A DNA stretch of 64,000 nt from Escherichia phage Mimir124. The translations under genes and the position numbers were made by a program. The stretch lies in the sequence record PQ310662.1. One strand, written 5' to 3'. Of the stretch, positions 37,647-48,072 are shown piece by piece. The notes beneath the pieces were generated by a model. That model did no database searches and was not told the origin of the DNA. It saw nothing but the letters and a program-made list of their open reading frames with translations. Within the stretch, counting starts at the first letter, position 1, and each line of letters begins with the position of its first letter.

Positions 37647-40600
37647 TTAATTTACCAGGTTCATCCAAGGGTTAAGGTTGTGAGCACGAAGCCCCTGACC
37701 AAAGCCCCATGAGTAATCCAGACTACCCTTAGCAGCAATGCTAAAGATGTTGTCCTGAATAGGTAAGCCAACGTTACCAAACATGGTAGGAGTTGGAGCC
37801 AACATAGCCATAGCAGCATGCACTGGGTTATTACGAATCATGGACACTGCAACTTTTGCAGAACGAATCTTAAAGTTGTAGAACCACATTAAACCAACAC
37901 TTTCCATATACCCACGGAAGCGACCAGGTAAACGATCATAGTTAATGAACTCTTCCGTTACACGTCCTAGTGCTTCTTCACGAGTCTTACCTTTACGCTG
38001 GGTCAATTCATCATAGATGATTGCTTTAGCGATAAAGTCAGAGTACTCAACGGTCTTCTGGATACCCTGGAATAAAGCAGTATCCTTAGTGATAAGTGCA
38101 TAACGTCCGGCAGTACGTACTGACTTAGGTAGCTTATCTGCCAATTTACTCATGTACTCTTGAAGTTTACCTTCGGTAATAAGGATGTCATCACGACCGA
38201 TACCAGCGTCTGCAATTGAAGAGAACTCACCAGCTTCTAACAGAGGCCAGATACTCATACGCTTATGGCTATCAGTAATGGACTGAATCTCAGCCTTAAG
38301 TTTACGAATCTGGTTCGGGTTAGTAGCTGCACGTAATTCTGCTTCTGCATCTACCTGACGCAGACGAGACTTCAGGTACTGGTTAATCTCAGCAGTTTTC
38401 TGTGGAATGCTCTTAGCAATGTTCTTAACCGGTACGCCACGGGCAACCATCTGGTAAAGGTTAGCCAAGAAGTTAACAGCAGGTACGACTACTGACTTAA
38501 CTACAATCAGAGTCTTGGCTTCTTTAACTAAGTTCTGAACCAGGTTCTCACCACCCATAGTGTACTTATAAGCACGGTTGCCAAATACACCCAGCATAGC
38601 TTTCTTGAAGGTATCCAGGGTTTCCGGGGACCAACGAGAATTACCAGACCAGGCATCACCAACAGAAGCTGCACGATAACCAAGTGCATCATTCAGCATG
38701 TCACGACGCACCCACAGTTCGCCATCACCAAACAGGCTTTCTGCTTTCCGTCGAGTTTCACTGTTCATCAGCTTAAGTGCATCAGCAGTTACTGGGTCCA
38801 GTTTAGAACCAAGAAGGTTCACATACTGGGACTTGTTAGAGGCAGACATCTTTATGTCGTTCTCATACATACTATGCAGGTTCTCAATCAGCATATCGTT
38901 GAAACGCTGTGCCTTAGCCTCTTCCACCTGACGCCCACGCCATACACCAATTGCACGTGCAAGATGGTTCTCACCTTCAATATGCTTCAGCATGTTAGGG
39001 TCAATGGATTGCTCATAAGCAACTACATTACCTTTATCATCATATACAGGCAGGAGTGGTTCATTACCACGTTCACCACGAGCCAGTGCTTTAGTGATAC
39101 GGTCTACGGAAGGCTTGTCAGTGATACGACCTGCTACCATGGAACCCATCGTAAAGCCTGTACCCAGGTCTACACCACCAGCAGTATTACGAACGTTCTG
39201 TAGGATACCCTGTGAGAATGGAGCCTGTGCCTGTACTGGTGCAAAGTAATAACTACGTGCCGGACCACGGTTAGCAGAACTACCTTGATAAGTACCCAGA
39301 CGTACATAGGACTTCTCAATCAAATCAGCAAACTGACTATCTTCAGCAACAATCAGATTAACGCCCTGTTTAGTCTCACTAGGGATATGCCCTTTGTACT
39401 GGTTCAGGGTTGCACGCATATCAGATTTGGCTTTAGCCATTTCATCTTTACGCTGACCAACCAGATAAGAAGTAGCAAAGTCCATTCCCTCAACTTCTGA
39501 TTGAGCCAGTGAAGATAACATCTCACGGTCGGACTTATTCATTGCTTCCAGTGCATACAGGGTAATCAGTTTATCCAGTTGAGCTACATCTACAGTAGAA
39601 CGAGCAGCCTGACGTTCACCCAGCATACGAGAGATTGCAGTAGCATTACGCAGCAGGTTATTACCGACTGTACCATTAATCATGTACTGAGCCAGTTGCT
39701 TAGATTTACGACTAATAAGAGGCCAGTTACGACCAGCTTGTTTTTGCAAATCTGCTTCCAGCTTATTCACTTCACGGTCAACAATCTTCTGGTCAGTCAG
39801 CAGGTCACGGATTTCAGCCAGAGACATAGTGTCACGCAGAACAGCTAAGTCAGTTTTACCCATACCAGTGTGCATTGCTTTCCACTCATCTTTAGTCAGC
39901 TTACGGCTGAACTTAGATGCGATAGTGGTGGGCAGGTGTTCACGAAATTGTTGACGGTCTGCTTGTACCTGTGCACGAACTGCTTTAATTAAATCATATA
40001 CAGAAGCATTACTCTTAGTACGACCAGTTAGGTCATTAACTAAGTCATGGAAAGGTTGCCATACCTTGCCTTGGTTCATTGCAGCCATAACACCTTCAGC
40101 TACGATTACACCATTCTTCTCTGTAGCAATGGCAGCTACCAGTTGTGCAGCATGAGCAGCACCTTTAACCAACGGGTTCTTGGTATTAGCTGCAACTTCA
40201 CGAGCACTTTCTAAAGCACGGGTGGACAGTGCATCAATAGAATCCACCAGATACTGGTTAGCACGGTCGATAGCATTACCACTAGGTATAGCAACGGAAT
40301 CATAAAATGACTGTGCATTGAGGCTGGTCTGCATGATTGTCTGAGCCAGTGCATCCGTCCCTTCCTGCACATTGGTGGCTTTGGTATCACCTGTTACACG
40401 AGCATTCAGGCTAGACATTGCAGCAGTACCGATGTTAGTCAGCATTGCATCAATGGTATTACCAGATTTCTTATCTGCTTTCATAACAGGAATGTTAGCC
40501 AGTACATTACGTACTTCTTCACTAACCATTGCCAGACCAACAAAGGTAGGCAATAAGGAAGAACGACCCTGTGCATCAAACTCAATGTTGTTAGCACCCA

Positions 40601-43600
40601 TGATGGTATCAAACTTCTGTTGAGCATAGTAACGGTCAGCAGGGTTAGTGCTATCAGGGTCAGCCATGAATGCTTCAACGGTCAGGTTCTTAGTGACGTG
40701 TGCGTAGTATTCCTGTGCACGAGAAAGAGCAGCCGGACTAATAGCAGCTTCAGTAGCCAAAGCAGCAACAATGTTAGTGAACAGTCGCTGTTCCTGCATA
40801 TTCATAGTGAAGCCATGAGCCTGAACATCACGAGTTACTTTAGTTGCATTCACTACTGCATCAGAGAACTTACCCTTACGAATTACTTGCTGTACCGGTT
40901 CTGAACCAATGTAGTTAGTAATCAGCTTATCAAAGGTCTGCCCCAACTCTTCCAGACGGGTATTGTCACCGTATGCTTTGTTATGGAACAGAGTAGTGTC
41001 TTTGGCTACAGCAGCAGTAGGAGCCTGCCCACGCATAACTACAGAAGAGTTAAACAGTAAGCCAGAGAACATATCATCTGCGTTAGCAGGGGCTTTCTTA
41101 CGACCAAATACCAGACGTTTGATTGCTTCATATACAGCCTGAACCATGGCCTTAAGTGCAGTGGTTTTCTTCTGCTTACCAATCAATTCACGGTTGGTTA
41201 AACCCCATGCCATGTACTCATTCAGTGCAGCAGCTTTAGCCATTGCTGGTTCAATAAAGCCATTAGACAAGTGACCATTAATGGTATTGAGTGCATCAGC
41301 ATATGCTTCACGTACTGCCGGGGATTCATCCTTAACATCCAGAGTACGGAACTGGTTCATCAGGTCTTCAATATTCTGGACTGCTTCATTAGAAGTACCT
41401 TCATAGTGAGCCAGTACAGATTCAAAAGTAGAAGCATGTACCAATTCATGAACCAGAGTCTCTAAGGAAGGAGTAACTAAGTAGATGGTCTTATCTTCAA
41501 AGTTAGTCCAGCCATATGCATTACCAGCTTCAGCAGCTTCAATATCTTCCGGTGCTGGGCGAGTAATGTTCTTCTCAATAGCATAAGCATCCAGTTGAGC
41601 AGGAGTACCATAAACAACCTTGTAGTCTTTAGCAGCAAGGGATTTCTGTACTTCTTTCAATACTGCTTGCTGTTCTGGGGACATCTCTTTAGCCAGCTTA
41701 GTGATAGCAGTATTGGACAGCAGACGTACACCGGACTTCAGTACACGACCTACCTTCTCCATTGCTGGTACTTCTTTCACTGGTTCTGCTTTAGCAGCAC
41801 GTACTGCATCACGACGCTTATTTAATTCAGCATCAAACAGCTCGTTCAGCTTAGCTACTTGTTGGTCTACAGTCAGACCTTCCAGAGAAATTTTACCGTT
41901 GTTCACATAAGGAGCACCTACAGCAGCCATCTGGTCAACAGTAGTCTGTACCTGGTTCATTACTTTGTGGCGAATATCTACACCCAGAGCAATGTTACGC
42001 AGATTACGTTCAATCTGTTCAGCACCAATACGTAACAGGTCATCAGTAGCACCTTCACGTTGGTCATATTCCAGAGCAGATTTAGCGATAGCCTGTTTGG
42101 TTTCATCAGACAGTTTGCTGAAGTCTACGTTCTTCATGAACTTAGCGAAGGAGTCATAAACATTCTTGATAGGGTTTCCTTGCCAAGAAGTATATACAGC
42201 CTCGTTAGCTTTACGACTTGCATCAGTAATGTCATTAATACCAATGTTCATACCATCAAAGATTTTCAGGGTATTCTTCGGAGCACCCTTCATAGTAGAA
42301 AGAGTCTGCATCATCATGCCATCACCAGTACCGATGGTCATAAATGGAATACCTGCAACACCTGCCTGTGAAGGAGCATAGATGCTCATTGGCACACGCA
42401 TACGGTCATCTAAGTTGGTAGCCAGTACTTGGTTAGCAACATCAGTGTTCTCACTACCAGCAATGTAGAAAGTCTGTGAGCCAGTCTCAATCATTGGAGC
42501 CAGCGGAGATAAGCTATTCTGAATTTCATTCAGTTCTTTCTGCGTTAAGAAATCACCTTTCTTCCATGTTGAGTCTTTTTCTTTTTCTGCAAGTTTAGCC
42601 TGTACTGCCTGTTGGAACATATCCTGCAATACCAGAGACTGAATCTGGGTAGCCTTCTGTAAGTTCTCAGTAGAATGCATCAGACCTTCACCAACAGTAT
42701 TTCGAATACCAGTACGCATTGGTTCAACGAACAGGTGAAGCATGTTCTCTTGTAAGTTCTTCAGGGCATTACCAGATACAGTAAACTTCTGTGGGTCTAA
42801 CTTACCAGTCAGAGCACCTTCTACCTGCTGAATAGATAACTCACCCTTACGCATAACTGGAACATTGCCAGTCAGTGCTTCCATAGAAGTAAGGAAAGTA
42901 TCCAGCATAGCCTGAGCATCAGCCTCAGATGCAGCCTCCTTACCAAACATTGCCATAGCCGGGGAAATACTAGGGTCAGCAGCACGAGCTTGCAGAACGT
43001 CGCTGAAGCGTTCGTAGATGGTATCAGTAATTGCACTAACCATCTTGCCAGCAATACCACGAGCACCAGAACCATAGATGGTAATGGTTAGTGGGTTTTT
43101 AGCGATACCACGTTTCAGGTCCAGTGTACCGTCTTCATTCAGGTTAAAGTCTTTGATGAACAGGTCCATTAACTTCTGGAGATGATTCATCTGGCTCATA
43201 ACAGGAACGTTGTTACGGTAAGTACTACGTAATTCACCAAGTGCTTGTTGCAGACCATTAGTAGATGCTTCATACAGGTCAACACTGTCATCCTGTGAGC
43301 GATGCTCGTTCATAGTCTTACCAGCTTTACCGAAGAACAAACCACCCTTAGCAGTATTCTTAATCCAGTCTGGAGTGAACTTACCACCGGTCATTAATAC
43401 CATTGCGTTGATTGGGCCATTGGTTACACCATCAGCTTCAACGTACAGTGGGGTATTAAAATTGGCACGGTCATCGCTATTCAGGTAACGGGCATATTCC
43501 ATCAGAGCCATGAGAGCTACGAATGATTTATCACCACCCAAAGAGGTCTTAAGAATATCCACTGCATCAACTGGTAAGTAACCAGACTTATCAAACTCAA

Positions 43601-46600
43601 CCATCATATCAACAGCAGGTTTCAGGTTACCTTCCAGAGCTTTGGTCAGCTTTTCAGACATAGCTTCACGGGACATGTTATGTACCTTGATGCCTAATGC
43701 CTGAGCCAGACCTAACTGAAAGTCAGAGAACGCTTGGCTGTTTTCATTACTCAAGTCAATAGTAGAGAAGGTTGGCAGAATTGCTTCACGAACCAGCTTA
43801 CTGGATTGTGGGTTATTCTTACCAAGCATCTGCATACGACCTACACGGGTCATGTTGTAACCATAGTGAATAGGAGTATCCAGTCCATTCTCCTGTTCCT
43901 GAACCTGATTGATTACCCCAAACAAGGAATCGTATGCCATAGACACGGACAGGTTCTTACATTCCAATGATTTAGCAGTGTTTACGTTCAGTAGTTCAGG
44001 ATTAATCGTACCAGCACCCATCAGTTCCAGAATGTTGTCACGACCCAATGCTTCATAGAAATTAACCATCGGCATGTGTACACGGAACTCAGTAGCCTGT
44101 TCTGCTTTAAGAGCAGCTTTCTGTTCTGGAGTATTCTTGACAGCCGGGTTACGTAACTGAGTTTGAGCCACGGAAGGAATATCATCCCCGAAGTACATTT
44201 TCTCTTCCGGTTCTACGAGGACAGCTTCCTCAATAGCAGTAGGGAAATTGTTAATGGCATCGTTATCATCCAGCTTCTCAATGGTGTACAGACCTACAGT
44301 CTTATTGGAGGCTGGGTCAATTTCAGACACATCCAGCATAGACTCTTTAACTTCACCCATCTCAATAAAGGAAGACAGAATCTCTGTAGCCATTGCCATT
44401 GGGATACCCTTGGTATAACCCAGTGGTGCATTAGGATTACGATTCAAACCCCAATAGGATTCAATCTTTTGAGCCAGTGAGTTAGTAGCTTCAACCAGGG
44501 TCTGAGCATTCTCGAAGTCAGCCAGAATACCTTCAGGTAACAGGGATGCTTCTACACCAGTAATAGCAGCTACATCTTTCATGTCTTTAATGGCAGCATT
44601 CTGTGTAGCAGTCAGTCGCCATTGCAAACCAGCAAGTACAGCAGTCTCTAGCAACTGGTCATTGAACTTAAAGGTGTCACCATCCTTCTCAACGATATTC
44701 AGCAGTTTACCACCCACCCAACGGTTAGCTTCAGTACCTTCTGCAAAACGTTTACCAACATTCTTGTTAGCAAGGAACTTAGCTAGACGGTCAGAAAGAG
44801 TAGTCTTCAGGGTTTCACCAAAATCAAACAAGTCCTGATAACGCTTAATCACATCACTTGTGAGAGCGTTATTTTCTTTTTGAGTAAATGCTTCAAAACG
44901 AGCAACAGAAGACAGTGCTTTCTTAACATCAGTCAAAGGAGACTCAGAACCAATGGTACGAGACTTAGGTTCTTCCGGTAGGGTAAATGCTTTCAGGAAC
45001 TGGTTCGGTGTCTTTTCATTGTTATAGACAGGGAACACTGTTTCCATTTCTGTTTTGGTTTCGACTACTTCCTGGGTAGTATCTACTGTTTCAGACTTAG
45101 TAGTAGAGACTTCTTCTGTTTTTGGGCTAGTCTCCATAGTAGGAGCAGTCTTATTTTCTACCACTGGTTTAGCTTTAGGCTGTACAGTAGTAGTGTCCTC
45201 TTGCACTGGTGCAGGAGTTTCATCAACCTGATTCACTGGTTCATTGGTCTGTTGGGATTGAGCAGCGTCAAGATTGCCCTGACGGAACTCTTTAACTACC
45301 TGGGCAGCAGGCTTGTCCAGACGTGAATCCAATGGGGTAACTTTCACATGAGAAACATTAAGCTCCGGGTAAGCCGTAGCAAGTGCGTTAGCAATATCAG
45401 CTACGGTTTTGGCCTCCAGTCCTACTTGCTGGGCAAACTTAACAGACTTGGTATCGTAAGGATTGACACCGAGTCCAGTACGACTACGTACCCATTCACG
45501 GGAAGGCGAGAGAGCCTGATAATGAACAGACTTATTCTTATCCGCATTCCCAGAAATCAGATGCTCATTCAACGCTCCGACCTTATTCTGCATGTGCTGG
45601 GCGAACTTCATAAAGTCGCTCAGATAAGCGGAGGCCAAATCGAAGTTACCAGAGTTATACGCAGAACGAATGCGTTTCGCATGTTGCAACGCAGAGTACT
45701 GTCCTTCGTTAGAACGAGACTCATCGGTTTTAATTTGTTTACTAACAATGTCTTGAGGACGTAAGCCCAGTTCTTCTGCTTTAGCGTCGAACTCACGTGC
45801 ACCCTGTAACAAGGCAGCAGCAGATTGCAGGGCAGCACGTTGATGATTCCCCAGTGTAATCTTACCTTCACTTGCATGTTTCAGAACCATGTTCACTGAA
45901 TCTGCATCCAGTACTTCTGGGGATACATCAGCAGCCATAGCAATGTTGTTTGCTTGGGCTTGATTAGCTTCTTCAGTAGCTTTCAGCTTACCTGCTTCAG
46001 CCTGTTCCTGAATCATGGAATGGATAGCACGGTATGCACGGAGTACTTTAGGTGTATTCTGTACGTTAGCCATCAGGCCAGAGAACTGGTCTACGATAGT
46101 AGCAGCAGGGGAACCTTGTTCCAGATTAGCCAGAGCACCTGGGTCACGGTTAATGAAGCTATCCATAGACATAATGTTGTCATACATCTGGATTGCAGCT
46201 TCCATTTGAACGTTAGGATCTTCAGCAGTATTAACCAGGTCAGCCATCTTCTGAATAGCTTCTACACGGTTAGTGGAACCAGAAACAGCTTCACGGATTA
46301 CCAGGTTAGCTTGTTCCAACTCTACTGGGTCGAACTTCATTGCCTGAGTTAAGTCAGCAGCATACTGAGTAGCAGCAGCTTTCTCTTCTGGAGTGATATC
46401 CATTGCATCTACTGCTTCCTGTACAGTTGCTTGTGCCTGCTCTGCCTGAGCAGCAGCTTCCTGTGCAGCAGCGTTAACCGTAGCATCAGCTACAGGGGAT
46501 GCTTGTTCATTACGCTTAGCAACTTCTTCCCCACGTTGAACCAGGATGTTAGTAAGAGGAGATGCAGCTTTTGCTAATGTTTTACCAACCAGAGAAGCAC

Positions 46601-47996
46601 CAGCCAGAGTAGTACGTAGAGCAGGACCAGCAGAAGCACCAACTGCTTTAACAGTTGCACCTGGAGCTTGAGCAACCCCAGCACTACCGAAGCCATAAAG
46701 TGCACCAAGACCTGCTTGCTCACCAACCCCTTTGAGAGTGTCACGGGATGCATCAACATTTTCCTTGATTGCACGGTTCTGGGCATACTGACCGAAGCCG
46801 GATTGAATACCCTCTTCTACAGTTTCACGGAGCATGTTAGAACCAGCACCAGCCAGTGAACCTACCTTAAGTGGGTTAAGTTCAAAACGAGATACCAGTG
46901 GGCCGGTAGCAGCAGCAACTGGAGCAGTTAAGCCAGCAGCAATAATACCTGTTTCAGATGCAGTCTGACGACGTGCTTCATCAGGGGATAATCCATCAGC
47001 AATATGTTGTTGGTAAACAGGAGACTTACTTGCCAAATCTTGATGGGACATCTTCATGATTTCAGAAGCAGTCTGTTGGTATGCACCACCAGCTTCCATA
47101 CCACCAATTGCAATAGCAGGTGCAGCAACACGACCAGCAGACAATGCAACCTGTGCAGGGCGTGAACCTAACTCAGCAGCTAAGGTAATACCCTTAACAG
47201 CTTTATCACCACCTACCATTACTTTACCAAGTGCAGATACACCACGGATAAGTGGACCACCAGTAAAGAGGGAACCAACACCTTCACTCAGTCCGTCGGA
47301 AGCAGCCATACCATTATCAAGTGTATTAGCAACAGAATCGAAAGCATCACGACCAATGCGAGACAAGGAGGCAACCAAATCGCTCTCCCCATTTTTGACG
47401 TCTTGTTCATAGAGTTTCTGGTTCTTTTGAGCAGAAATCTGGTTCTGATTCTGAACAACTTTACGGGTAGCATTCAGTGCATCAGATTGTAAATTGTGTA
47501 CACCTTCATTCAACCAATCCATCCCGGAAGCAATGGATGCCCCGGCATTATCATTGACCAGACCTGTGCCAAGAGCAGCAATGCCCCCAAGGGTATTAGC
47601 AACACCAAGACCAACACCAGAAAGAGTATCGCCAAATGCTTCTGCGTTAGTACGTTGTTTAGATAAGTCCTGACGTACAACATCAGCAGCATTAGCTCGG
47701 CTATTAAGAATTTGTAGACCTTGCTCATTACCGTACTTATTAATGATTTCTAATGGAGAGGCTTGAGTGAAATCTGCCTGAAGTGAACCCGGTTCGAATG
47801 CACCGATTCCAAGATTACCTACTCGTCCAGTCTGGAGATTGTAAGCGTTCTCTGGGGTTAATTGGAAAGGGCTTTGCCCTTGTGCAGCTTGCTTCTGAGA
47901 GGTTGCAGTAGAGACATCGACTTGCTTAGCAGTAGTGATGCTGTCTGCGAAACCTGCCAGACGGTCAAATGTTGACATAGCATGTTTCCTGTTCAA
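37647..47996 (-). CDS. virion-encapsidated giant RNA polymerase (N4 vRNAP-like)
   Basis: Single 3449-aa ORF (N4 vRNAP is about 3500 aa); first gene of the leftward late module; co-occurs with a split RNAP II. Confidence 0.75.
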   Translation of the reverse strand: MNRKHAMSTFDRLAGFADSITTAKQVDVSTATSQKQAAQGQSPFQLTPENAYNLQTGRVGNLGIGAFEPGSLQADFTQASPLEIINKYGNEQGLQILNSRANAADVVRQDLSKQRTNAEAFGDTLSGVGLGVANTLGGIAALGTGLVNDNAGASIASGMDWLNEGVHNLQSDALNATRKVVQNQNQISAQKNQKLYEQDVKNGESDLVASLSRIGRDAFDSVANTLDNGMAASDGLSEGVGSLFTGGPLIRGVSALGKVMVGGDKAVKGITLAAELGSRPAQVALSAGRVAAPAIAIGGMEAGGAYQQTASEIMKMSHQDLASKSPVYQQHIADGLSPDEARRQTASETGIIAAGLTAPVAAATGPLVSRFELNPLKVGSLAGAGSNMLRETVEEGIQSGFGQYAQNRAIKENVDASRDTLKGVGEQAGLGALYGFGSAGVAQAPGATVKAVGASAGPALRTTLAGASLVGKTLAKAASPLTNILVQRGEEVAKRNEQASPVADATVNAAAQEAAAQAEQAQATVQEAVDAMDITPEEKAAATQYAADLTQAMKFDPVELEQANLVIREAVSGSTNRVEAIQKMADLVNTAEDPNVQMEAAIQMYDNIMSMDSFINRDPGALANLEQGSPAATIVDQFSGLMANVQNTPKVLRAYRAIHSMIQEQAEAGKLKATEEANQAQANNIAMAADVSPEVLDADSVNMVLKHASEGKITLGNHQRAALQSAAALLQGAREFDAKAEELGLRPQDIVSKQIKTDESRSNEGQYSALQHAKRIRSAYNSGNFDLASAYLSDFMKFAQHMQNKVGALNEHLISGNADKNKSVHYQALSPSREWVRSRTGLGVNPYDTKSVKFAQQVGLEAKTVADIANALATAYPELNVSHVKVTPLDSRLDKPAAQVVKEFRQGNLDAAQSQQTNEPVNQVDETPAPVQEDTTTVQPKAKPVVENKTAPTMETSPKTEEVSTTKSETVDTTQEVVETKTEMETVFPVYNNEKTPNQFLKAFTLPEEPKSRTIGSESPLTDVKKALSSVARFEAFTQKENNALTSDVIKRYQDLFDFGETLKTTLSDRLAKFLANKNVGKRFAEGTEANRWVGGKLLNIVEKDGDTFKFNDQLLETAVLAGLQWRLTATQNAAIKDMKDVAAITGVEASLLPEGILADFENAQTLVEATNSLAQKIESYWGLNRNPNAPLGYTKGIPMAMATEILSSFIEMGEVKESMLDVSEIDPASNKTVGLYTIEKLDDNDAINNFPTAIEEAVLVEPEEKMYFGDDIPSVAQTQLRNPAVKNTPEQKAALKAEQATEFRVHMPMVNFYEALGRDNILELMGAGTINPELLNVNTAKSLECKNLSVSMAYDSLFGVINQVQEQENGLDTPIHYGYNMTRVGRMQMLGKNNPQSSKLVREAILPTFSTIDLSNENSQAFSDFQLGLAQALGIKVHNMSREAMSEKLTKALEGNLKPAVDMMVEFDKSGYLPVDAVDILKTSLGGDKSFVALMALMEYARYLNSDDRANFNTPLYVEADGVTNGPINAMVLMTGGKFTPDWIKNTAKGGLFFGKAGKTMNEHRSQDDSVDLYEASTNGLQQALGELRSTYRNNVPVMSQMNHLQKLMDLFIKDFNLNEDGTLDLKRGIAKNPLTITIYGSGARGIAGKMVSAITDTIYERFSDVLQARAADPSISPAMAMFGKEAASEADAQAMLDTFLTSMEALTGNVPVMRKGELSIQQVEGALTGKLDPQKFTVSGNALKNLQENMLHLFVEPMRTGIRNTVGEGLMHSTENLQKATQIQSLVLQDMFQQAVQAKLAEKEKDSTWKKGDFLTQKELNEIQNSLSPLAPMIETGSQTFYIAGSENTDVANQVLATNLDDRMRVPMSIYAPSQAGVAGIPFMTIGTGDGMMMQTLSTMKGAPKNTLKIFDGMNIGINDITDASRKANEAVYTSWQGNPIKNVYDSFAKFMKNVDFSKLSDETKQAIAKSALEYDQREGATDDLLRIGAEQIERNLRNIALGVDIRHKVMNQVQTTVDQMAAVGAPYVNNGKISLEGLTVDQQVAKLNELFDAELNKRRDAVRAAKAEPVKEVPAMEKVGRVLKSGVRLLSNTAITKLAKEMSPEQQAVLKEVQKSLAAKDYKVVYGTPAQLDAYAIEKNITRPAPEDIEAAEAGNAYGWTNFEDKTIYLVTPSLETLVHELVHASTFESVLAHYEGTSNEAVQNIEDLMNQFRTLDVKDESPAVREAYADALNTINGHLSNGFIEPAMAKAAALNEYMAWGLTNRELIGKQKKTTALKAMVQAVYEAIKRLVFGRKKAPANADDMFSGLLFNSSVVMRGQAPTAAVAKDTTLFHNKAYGDNTRLEELGQTFDKLITNYIGSEPVQQVIRKGKFSDAVVNATKVTRDVQAHGFTMNMQEQRLFTNIVAALATEAAISPAALSRAQEYYAHVTKNLTVEAFMADPDSTNPADRYYAQQKFDTIMGANNIEFDAQGRSSLLPTFVGLAMVSEEVRNVLANIPVMKADKKSGNTIDAMLTNIGTAAMSSLNARVTGDTKATNVQEGTDALAQTIMQTSLNAQSFYDSVAIPSGNAIDRANQYLVDSIDALSTRALESAREVAANTKNPLVKGAAHAAQLVAAIATEKNGVIVAEGVMAAMNQGKVWQPFHDLVNDLTGRTKSNASVYDLIKAVRAQVQADRQQFREHLPTTIASKFSRKLTKDEWKAMHTGMGKTDLAVLRDTMSLAEIRDLLTDQKIVDREVNKLEADLQKQAGRNWPLISRKSKQLAQYMINGTVGNNLLRNATAISRMLGERQAARSTVDVAQLDKLITLYALEAMNKSDREMLSSLAQSEVEGMDFATSYLVGQRKDEMAKAKSDMRATLNQYKGHIPSETKQGVNLIVAEDSQFADLIEKSYVRLGTYQGSSANRGPARSYYFAPVQAQAPFSQGILQNVRNTAGGVDLGTGFTMGSMVAGRITDKPSVDRITKALARGERGNEPLLPVYDDKGNVVAYEQSIDPNMLKHIEGENHLARAIGVWRGRQVEEAKAQRFNDMLIENLHSMYENDIKMSASNKSQYVNLLGSKLDPVTADALKLMNSETRRKAESLFGDGELWVRRDMLNDALGYRAASVGDAWSGNSRWSPETLDTFKKAMLGVFGNRAYKYTMGGENLVQNLVKEAKTLIVVKSVVVPAVNFLANLYQMVARGVPVKNIAKSIPQKTAEINQYLKSRLRQVDAEAELRAATNPNQIRKLKAEIQSITDSHKRMSIWPLLEAGEFSSIADAGIGRDDILITEGKLQEYMSKLADKLPKSVRTAGRYALITKDTALFQGIQKTVEYSDFIAKAIIYDELTQRKGKTREEALGRVTEEFINYDRLPGRFRGYMESVGLMWFYNFKIRSAKVAVSMIRNNPVHAAMAMLAPTPTMFGNVGLPIQDNIFSIAAKGSLDYSWGFGQGLRAHNLNPWMNLVN

Positions 47997-48048
47997 ACTT
48001 ATATCGTATATAGGTAACTTACTCTACAGTAAGCCAGTTAAAGAAAAA

Positions 48049-48062
48049 AGCCCCGTAGGGCT
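48049..48062. terminator. hairpin terminator between 579-aa virion gene and vRNAP gene
   Basis: agccc-cgta-gggct flanked by A-run and T-run (works on either strand). Confidence 0.5.
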
Positions 48063-48072
48063 TTTATTAGTA

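Noticed and set aside
38698-47473. Numerous 60-140 aa plus-strand ORFs inside the vRNAP gene
   Set aside because: All lie antisense within one continuous 3449-aa minus-strand ORF; no RBS or terminator context.
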